Assembly: GCA_902789395.1 (NCBI GenBank)
Contig: CADANY010000014.1
Location: 11,364 to 75,363, forward strand
Length of the DNA: 64,000 nucleotides
Origin: an uncultured Bacteroidia bacterium
GTDB lineage: Bacteria > Bacteroidota > Bacteroidia > Bacteroidales > UBA932
Direction of reading: 5' to 3'
The notes under the pieces were generated by a model, which worked only from the letters and a program-made list of their open reading frames with translations, was not told where the DNA came from and made no database searches. Below are positions 58,449-64,000 of this stretch, piece by piece. Made by a program: the position numbers and the translations under genes. Each line of letters begins with the position of its first letter. The stretch's first letter is position 1.

Positions 58449-58484
58449 TGTTATGGAATGAAACGATTGATGAGGTAGATTCAT

Positions 58485-59441
58485 ATGGAAAAAAGTAAAA
58501 AAGTATTTTGGATTGCCCTGGTGACGACGGGCGCTTTTGCCGTCGGGATGGCCTTGTTGGGAAATGAACTGGAAGAACGAAAGATCCGTCCTGATAAGGT
58601 GTCCGGTCTTTTGTCTGCACCGTTAAAAGTGGTAATGGAGCAGGAGGATTCCGTGTTTAGCGGAATTGTGCTGATTAAACGCCTGGGAAGCCGTGAAACC
58701 CCGAGGTCGGTCAGGCTTTATAAGAGGGAAGGGTCTGGCGAGATTCAGGATTGTTCCTATTATGAAGACCGTTCGACCGTCATCCCAGGAAGGATAATGC
58801 AAACTGCTGTAAAAGCGTATTTGATTGATAGAAACTATCTCCGACCGCAGGATCCGGCTTTTCAGAGAGATAGCATCGGGGTTGGGTTTGTGAAGATGCT
58901 GAGGAATTCATATTGGATATGGGAAGATTTTATGGACAGGTTCGAGGACTATTTCGGTAGTTCTGAAGCTTGTTATCTTCCCAATAGCAAATACCATTTT
59001 GAAGAAGCACTGGAAGAGATATTCGATGGTTATGGGGTACTGCTTTCACCTGAGCAGGTCTTGACTTTCTGGGATGCCCTTTCCAATGGCGGAGTCCGCC
59101 CGGGAACGTGGTATTCACTTTGTTGCCGTATTCTTTCAGATAGATCCTTTGCTGCGGTTAGGGATTTGTGCCTTATTGAGGGAAGCCTGCCAGTCATCGG
59201 CCAGTCAGGCGGCGGTCAGCTTCCGTTTGGATTCGTGTCTGGAATCGGGAATATCAATGATTGCCCGTATCTGGTCCGATCGGATACTTTTGTGGGTGCA
59301 TTCCCGGCGGATGAGCCGAAATATACGATGTCATTGACACTGTTCAGCATTGCCGGTACGCCTCAAGCCGTTCTTGTACAGGAATTATTCACTAAAATGG
59401 GAGAACTCATTCTTGAAAGCGAAGAAATATGGAAAGAATAA
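58485..59441 (+). CDS. Penicillin-binding-protein transpeptidase-like protein, catalytic motifs degenerate
   Basis: FVGAFPADEPKYT resembles FtsI-type C-termini. The SxxK position reads PGRIMQ and the KTG position reads GQSG. Confidence 0.65.
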   Translation: MEKSKKVFWIALVTTGAFAVGMALLGNELEERKIRPDKVSGLLSAPLKVVMEQEDSVFSGIVLIKRLGSRETPRSVRLYKREGSGEIQDCSYYEDRSTVIPGRIMQTAVKAYLIDRNYLRPQDPAFQRDSIGVGFVKMLRNSYWIWEDFMDRFEDYFGSSEACYLPNSKYHFEEALEEIFDGYGVLLSPEQVLTFWDALSNGGVRPGTWYSLCCRILSDRSFAAVRDLCLIEGSLPVIGQSGGGQLPFGFVSGIGNINDCPYLVRSDTFVGAFPADEPKYTMSLTLFSIAGTPQAVLVQELFTKMGELILESEEIWKE

Positions 59442-60172
59442 ACAGTCGATATGAAAATGCTTCTGTAGTTATAGCGGGAGCGGCATGCCTGCCGATTCTT
59501 GTCTCGTGGTTGCATTTGCCGGGATTCAGATGTCTGACGGTCTTAAGCTATATGGTTTTCAGCGCCTGGATTGGGCTTCTTTTAGGATCATTGATAAAAA
59601 GGCGCCGGTGGTGGATGCTTGTGCTGATTCTCAGCGTCGCCTTCGTCGGCATGATCTATTACAGGCAAGTGATGGACCATGGGTATATGTTGATTCACAC
59701 GGTGACCCCTTTTTTGATGTCTGCCGGATTGGGGTGCCTGTTCTCTTTGGGATGGGTCCGGACAGCGGAAGGGCAAAAAGGCTGGGAGTTCTTGTTCCTG
59801 CTGCTGACCATAACTTTTTGTTGGGTAGCTATTTCCGTTATTCATGAAAGACTTGTGAGCGGGATGTGGATCCCGGAGCATCAAGACATGGAGCGGTTAA
59901 TGGAGAATCTTTCTGCCGATGCGGAGATTCTGTTGTTTTTCCCACTGATGTACAGTCTGGTTATGTTCGCCTTCTCCAAGACGGGACTATGGCTGGGCCG
60001 CCAGAGTTGGTTTCGGGGAATCGTTTTGGTCCCGGTCGTCCTCTCTTTCGTTAGCGCGGCTGGTCGGATAGGGTATTACTGGCGCGAACAGTTCCTGATA
60101 CCTTTCCTAGTTCAGCCGTTGACTGTTTGGATAATGATAAATATTGTACATTGGGTTATGGACAGAAAATAA
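59429..60172 (+). CDS. Polytopic membrane hypothetical protein
   Basis: Several hydrophobic segments (about 6-7 by eye); overlaps the previous stop. Confidence 0.7.
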   Translation: MERINSRYENASVVIAGAACLPILVSWLHLPGFRCLTVLSYMVFSAWIGLLLGSLIKRRRWWMLVLILSVAFVGMIYYRQVMDHGYMLIHTVTPFLMSAGLGCLFSLGWVRTAEGQKGWEFLFLLLTITFCWVAISVIHERLVSGMWIPEHQDMERLMENLSADAEILLFFPLMYSLVMFAFSKTGLWLGRQSWFRGIVLVPVVLSFVSAAGRIGYYWREQFLIPFLVQPLTVWIMINIVHWVMDRK

Positions 60173-60180
60173 ATACGATC

Positions 60181-61320
60181 ATGAAAGGTCGTGATTATTT
60201 GATTCTTATTATCTCTTTATCGGTTCTTTTACTTTCAAGTTGCAAGAGCCGGAATGGCCAACCCGGTATAAGACAAACGGAGGTGCAAACCGTTTTGGAA
60301 AAACTGGATTATACTCCAAAGACAACGTTTACCGGGATGGAGCAGATGTCAGCAAAGATATCTGAAGAAGAAGCAGGGATTGCGATAGGGGAGGTGAGTA
60401 AGCAGTTCCTTGAGGGGTGCTACTATATCGGGGACACATCGACGCCCTTTCTGGCGTCTTTCGCCGAGTGGTGGAACCGCCTGGCATTCCTCCGTCGTTT
60501 TGCCAGTGCCGAGGAAGTGTTTGAAAGAGTTAATACGAATATAGAAGATTCACTGACGACTGAAACGGTGCGGGGAACGATTTCTTTGTTGCCGGATGAA
60601 TACGATCGTGCATTCCGGGATAAGAAACTTCAGTCGAAAGCAAAAGAACTTGTCCGATTATTTAGAACAATAGATTATACTGCCCAGGAAACTCAAAAAA
60701 TGTACAAGTGCTTTATGGACCTGGCCGGAGCCCCTTATCAAACACCTGATTTCATTACGGAGGAAGATAAAGATGCAGTAGATAATGATTACTGGGTGCT
60801 TTATGATAAGTCGAAATACGTGGAAAACTATGAGTCGATCCGCGACAAGCGTAAGCCAGAAGAGGTCGACGAAAAGGAACTCGAGAAAATGAGCCTCCCG
60901 CTGCAGCATGCATACATCAATGCAAAAGACTTCGATGCGAAGTGCATTTATGCCTTGGAGATGGGGTGCTATGGTTTTCCGGAAGTGATAGATTATCTTG
61001 GGGAGTTGATCGAAGATGGCCGTTATTCGAAGTATCTTTTTGAGGTATGGATATCCTGGCGACTCCGTGCCCAGGCGAGTGTGTTCGGCAGATCGACGTG
61101 GTCTGAGATTCCGGATAACTTGTACGACAATGCCCGGCTACTCGTTGCTCAAACCTATGTACGACATATCATTGAGAATCCCTCAGATGCGCAGGCCAAG
61201 TATTTCCTGATGGCCCTCATTTATACGGAAAATCTCCACCGTGCCGGTGGGCTTTACGGGAATGAGGCAATGGCTGCCGAAGTAGCACTTCGGACGCAGT
61301 ATTTCCTGCCAGTAAAATAG
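60181..61320 (+). CDS. Hypothetical lipoprotein
   Basis: Lipobox LLSSC after MKGRDY; helical acidic body. Start placed at the ATG at 60181. Confidence 0.75.
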   Translation: MKGRDYLILIISLSVLLLSSCKSRNGQPGIRQTEVQTVLEKLDYTPKTTFTGMEQMSAKISEEEAGIAIGEVSKQFLEGCYYIGDTSTPFLASFAEWWNRLAFLRRFASAEEVFERVNTNIEDSLTTETVRGTISLLPDEYDRAFRDKKLQSKAKELVRLFRTIDYTAQETQKMYKCFMDLAGAPYQTPDFITEEDKDAVDNDYWVLYDKSKYVENYESIRDKRKPEEVDEKELEKMSLPLQHAYINAKDFDAKCIYALEMGCYGFPEVIDYLGELIEDGRYSKYLFEVWISWRLRAQASVFGRSTWSEIPDNLYDNARLLVAQTYVRHIIENPSDAQAKYFLMALIYTENLHRAGGLYGNEAMAAEVALRTQYFLPVK

Positions 61321-61544
61321 GCATAAGCAGTTGTTGAGCACATGGATATGTCGATACGATTGGTGACTCTTGCTTGTGCATGTATGGCAGGAAATCAGGG
61401 GAATGGGGATTGATCCATGTCCGCCAAATGTTTTAGGGCTTTCCGTTCGTGAGACTTCGGCTTGTCTGTGTCATCATCCAGTCCGTATCGGATTGCTTGT
61501 TCGTCTGGTTATTAAGGAAGTCTGCAGTTTGAGTAATGAATTGA

Positions 61545-61838
61545 ATGATGAGAAAGAAAGTTAAAAAGAAGAAAGGACACTTGCTATTGCCCCATATACC
61601 GAATCGCATTGAGCGAATGTGGAGCCAACTTAAGTGGATTCATGAGTGGAATCGAATGGGCGGGACAACCATTTACGTTGAGCCAAGAATTGACGCGATT
61701 GATCAGTGGCCACGTATGAAAAGAGAGGCGGAGAAGAGGTATATAAAGTACAACAAGGCCTGGATAAAGGAAAGAAGAATCGGATTCATGGAAGCCGTCA
61801 AGAGCATCTGGAATGCAGGATTTAGAACGAAATTGTAA
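61545..61838 (+). CDS. Small basic hypothetical protein
   Basis: 97-aa Lys/Arg/Trp-rich ORF ending 8 bp before the MreB-like gene. Confidence 0.5.
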   Translation: MMRKKVKKKKGHLLLPHIPNRIERMWSQLKWIHEWNRMGGTTIYVEPRIDAIDQWPRMKREAEKRYIKYNKAWIKERRIGFMEAVKSIWNAGFRTKL

Positions 61839-61846
61839 TTTGAATT

Positions 61847-62875
61847 ATGGCATGGTTTAGACAGGAGTTGGCCATCGACCTGGGTACGGCCAACACGGTG
61901 ATTTTCAAGGATGACAAGGTCATCCTCGACGAGCCCAGTATCATCGCGATTGAGACCAAGACGGAAAAGATCATGGCGATCGGCAATGAGGCGCAGTTGA
62001 TTGAGGAACACACGAATCCCCGGATCTATACGATCCGTCCCCTGATGAACGGGGTTATCGCCGATTATGACGCGGCGGAGAAGATGCTGACGGGGTTCAT
62101 CCAGAAAGCGACTGGAAAAAGGAGAGGTCTTTTCAAGCCGGCTCTCAAGATCGTGATCGGTATCCCCGGAGGCAGTACGCCCGTGGACATGCGCTCTATC
62201 CGCGATTCAGCGTCCCACGCCGGTGCACATGAACTGTATATGATCTATGAGCCGATGGCTTCGGCGCTGGGTATCGGCCTGGATGTGATGGCCCCGAATG
62301 GGAACATGGTGGTCGATATCGGCGGCGGTACGACCGAAATCGCAGTCATATCACTCGGGGGGATCTGCGGGGATGCTGCGGCGAGTATCCATATTGCCGG
62401 GAATGAAATTACGACCGACATCATCGACTATCTCGGGCAGCAGCACAATATCATCATCGGACGGACGACCGCTGAGCAGATCAAGTTCTCCGTGGGCTCG
62501 GTACTGGCCGAACTGCCTCCCGAAGAGGAGCCGGAACCCTTTACGGTTATCGGCAGGAACATCGTAACAGCCCATCCGGCGGAGGCTGTGATCTCCTATC
62601 ATGAGATTGCCGCCTGCATTGATAAAACGATCTCCAAGATCGAAGGTGAGATTATCAAGGTCCTTCAGAAAACGCCGCCGGAACTCTATTCGAATATCGT
62701 ACGGAACGGAATCTGGCTCGCCGGAGGCGGATCGTTGCTGCGGGGAATCGCCAAGAGGTTCACGGACAGGGTCAACATCCAGTTCCGTGTCGCCGAGGAT
62801 CCGCTCAAGGCCGTGGCAAGAGGGACCTGCCTTGCCCTGAAAAAGACAGAGCAGTATCCCTTCCTGATGCGATGA
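61847..62875 (+). CDS. mreB: MreB-like actin homologue (orphan paralogue)
   Basis: Motifs IDLGTANT, GVIADY, YEPMASA, VDIGGGTTE, AEQIK, AGGGSLL and VAEDPL. No mreC/mreD downstream. Confidence 0.88.
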   Translation: MAWFRQELAIDLGTANTVIFKDDKVILDEPSIIAIETKTEKIMAIGNEAQLIEEHTNPRIYTIRPLMNGVIADYDAAEKMLTGFIQKATGKRRGLFKPALKIVIGIPGGSTPVDMRSIRDSASHAGAHELYMIYEPMASALGIGLDVMAPNGNMVVDIGGGTTEIAVISLGGICGDAAASIHIAGNEITTDIIDYLGQQHNIIIGRTTAEQIKFSVGSVLAELPPEEEPEPFTVIGRNIVTAHPAEAVISYHEIAACIDKTISKIEGEIIKVLQKTPPELYSNIVRNGIWLAGGGSLLRGIAKRFTDRVNIQFRVAEDPLKAVARGTCLALKKTEQYPFLMR

Positions 62876-62903
62876 CGCTAATAAGAATCAACCGAGTAAA
62901 GAT

Positions 62904-63401
62904 ATGGGAGCGAGACATTTTACGGTAAAGCTTGCGGATAGAAGAAGACCCGCAGAAGTTATGGGCGTAGAGATTAAGTACACATACGAAAATGTAATAG
63001 AGGCCCAATGCTTCTCTGCCGGGACAGATCATTATCTTTCCGCTTACGAGGAAAGGCGTGAACTGATCGAAGCCGGTAAACTGAAAGGATTCTATTGCTT
63101 TGAGCCGGAACTCATCGATGAGTATCGAAATGAAATAAGATTTGGACCGGACAATTCAGCGGAATCAGTGCAGTTGATTAAGCATTATATGGGGAAATGC
63201 TTCAAAGACAACAAGATAAGTGCGCTGCTTACATTCGATGAGCCGGATGGGCAGTACGCGATTACTCTGGAGTGGTATCAAACCACCCGGGAGCTTTCCG
63301 AAAAACCTCTTGTGTCTTTGATTCAGGAAATGGCCGGTCGATTGAAATACGAAGACATCAAGAAGTATTGCAAGTTCACCAGCTGGCTGGAGTTGGATTG
63401 A
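62904..63401 (+). CDS. Hypothetical protein
   Basis: 165-aa ORF with plausible composition, directly upstream of the retron-like ncRNA. Confidence 0.65.
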   Translation: MGARHFTVKLADRRRPAEVMGVEIKYTYENVIEAQCFSAGTDHYLSAYEERRELIEAGKLKGFYCFEPELIDEYRNEIRFGPDNSAESVQLIKHYMGKCFKDNKISALLTFDEPDGQYAITLEWYQTTRELSEKPLVSLIQEMAGRLKYEDIKKYCKFTSWLELD

Positions 63402-63422
63402 AAATGATAGTTTAAAGCTCTT

Positions 63423-63600
63423 TGTCATACCGGGGCGTGATTTTGAATTTCGTCCGTCAAAGTTGACGGATGTCCGGGAGACCGGACAGGTATGATTGCC
63501 CTGTTACACCTGCATACCGTCAAACGCTTTTTGCCGGCATGCAGGGGATATTGCACGGCTTTGCCGGCATCTCTTTTTAGAAAACAGCCCCGGTTTGTCA
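63423..63600 (+). ncRNA. Candidate retron msr-msd non-coding RNA
   Basis: Flanking inverted repeat tgtcataccggggc (63423-63436) / gccccggtttgtca (63587-63600), 12/14 complementary. Two adjacent 7-bp hairpins (tccgtca-aagt-tgacgga; tgtccgg-gaga-ccggaca) and further stems downstream. Lies just 5' of the RT. Confidence 0.6.
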
Positions 63601-63619
63601 AGGCGCATTTTAATGAAAG

Positions 63620-64000
63620 ATGACAGATCCCATCACATCCCCCCTTGAACGACCCTCGACGGCACTGGATCTTCTCAATGCGCTCAACAGCATAAAGAGT
63701 AAGGAATTCGGTGAAAATGCTTTCCTGTTTACGATGGAACAGATGATGTATTTCTCCTCCCCAAGGAGGAACTTCCTTCATTACCGACACTTTGTCATCC
63801 CGAAACGGAACGGTGGTGTACGGGAGATTACTGCCCCGAGGAACATGCTGAAGTCTCTACAGACGGTCATTGCCAGGATGTTGCAAGATTTTTATGAGCC
63901 GTCATCGGCCGTGACAGGGTTTGTTCCGGGCCGTTCTGTCATGAACAATGCTTTGAAGCATGTCCGGAAGAACTATGTGTACAATGCCGACCTCAAAGAT
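63620..64000 (+). CDS. Retron-type reverse transcriptase (5' part, runs off the window; not in ORF track)
   Basis: Reads MTDPITSPLERPSTALDLLNALNSIK...YRHFVIPKRNGGVREITAP...VTGFVPGRSVMNNALKHVRKNYVYNADLKD, containing the retron NAxxH motif and the first catalytic Asp (DLKD). Confidence 0.88.
   Translation, partial: MTDPITSPLERPSTALDLLNALNSIKSKEFGENAFLFTMEQMMYFSSPRRNFLHYRHFVIPKRNGGVREITAPRNMLKSLQTVIARMLQDFYEPSSAVTGFVPGRSVMNNALKHVRKNYVYNADLKD

Noticed and set aside
61340-61410. Inverted repeat acatggat/atccatgt in the intergenic region before the small basic ORF
   Set aside because: Only 8 bp with a long spacer and no supporting structure; compatible with chance.
1-64000. CRISPR array, rRNA, prophage or DGR template/variable repeats
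   Set aside because: No regularly spaced repeats, rRNA signatures or phage structural genes were seen. No long near-duplicate repeat was noticed, and the RT carries the retron NAxxH motif.

Overview
This window is from a Bacteroidota (Bacteroidales-type, probably anaerobic gut or rumen) chromosome, judged from the gene set and recurrent TAnnTTTG promoter boxes. Positions 1-45.9 kb are GC-rich core genome: metY-metF-metH; a tryptophanase-family lyase; hsp20; a citrate lyase cluster (citD-E-F-X plus a CitC-CitG fusion) running straight into aconitase and isocitrate dehydrogenase; tRNA-Arg; rplS; grpE-dnaJ; a GlpT/phosphoesterase/GDPD cluster; ABC-F; trkA; slyD; tldD-pmbA; a POT transporter; pepD; and rpsF-rpsR-rplI. 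After the rplI terminator the sequence becomes visibly AT-richer and accessory. It carries a HigBA toxin-antitoxin pair, a eukaryote-like signalling island (LytTR, two FHA/Zn-ribbon proteins, an exported caspase-family protease, PP2C, an acidic Ca-binding-like membrane protein, and a receptor-type Ser/Thr kinase), a dead IS4-family element, a broken TPR gene, a catalytically dead PBP-like protein and an orphan MreB paralogue. At the right edge is the 5' part of a retron-type reverse transcriptase, missed by the ORF track, preceded by a structured msr/msd-like non-coding region. No CRISPR array or rRNA was seen. All assignments come from motif recognition by eye; no database searches were run.
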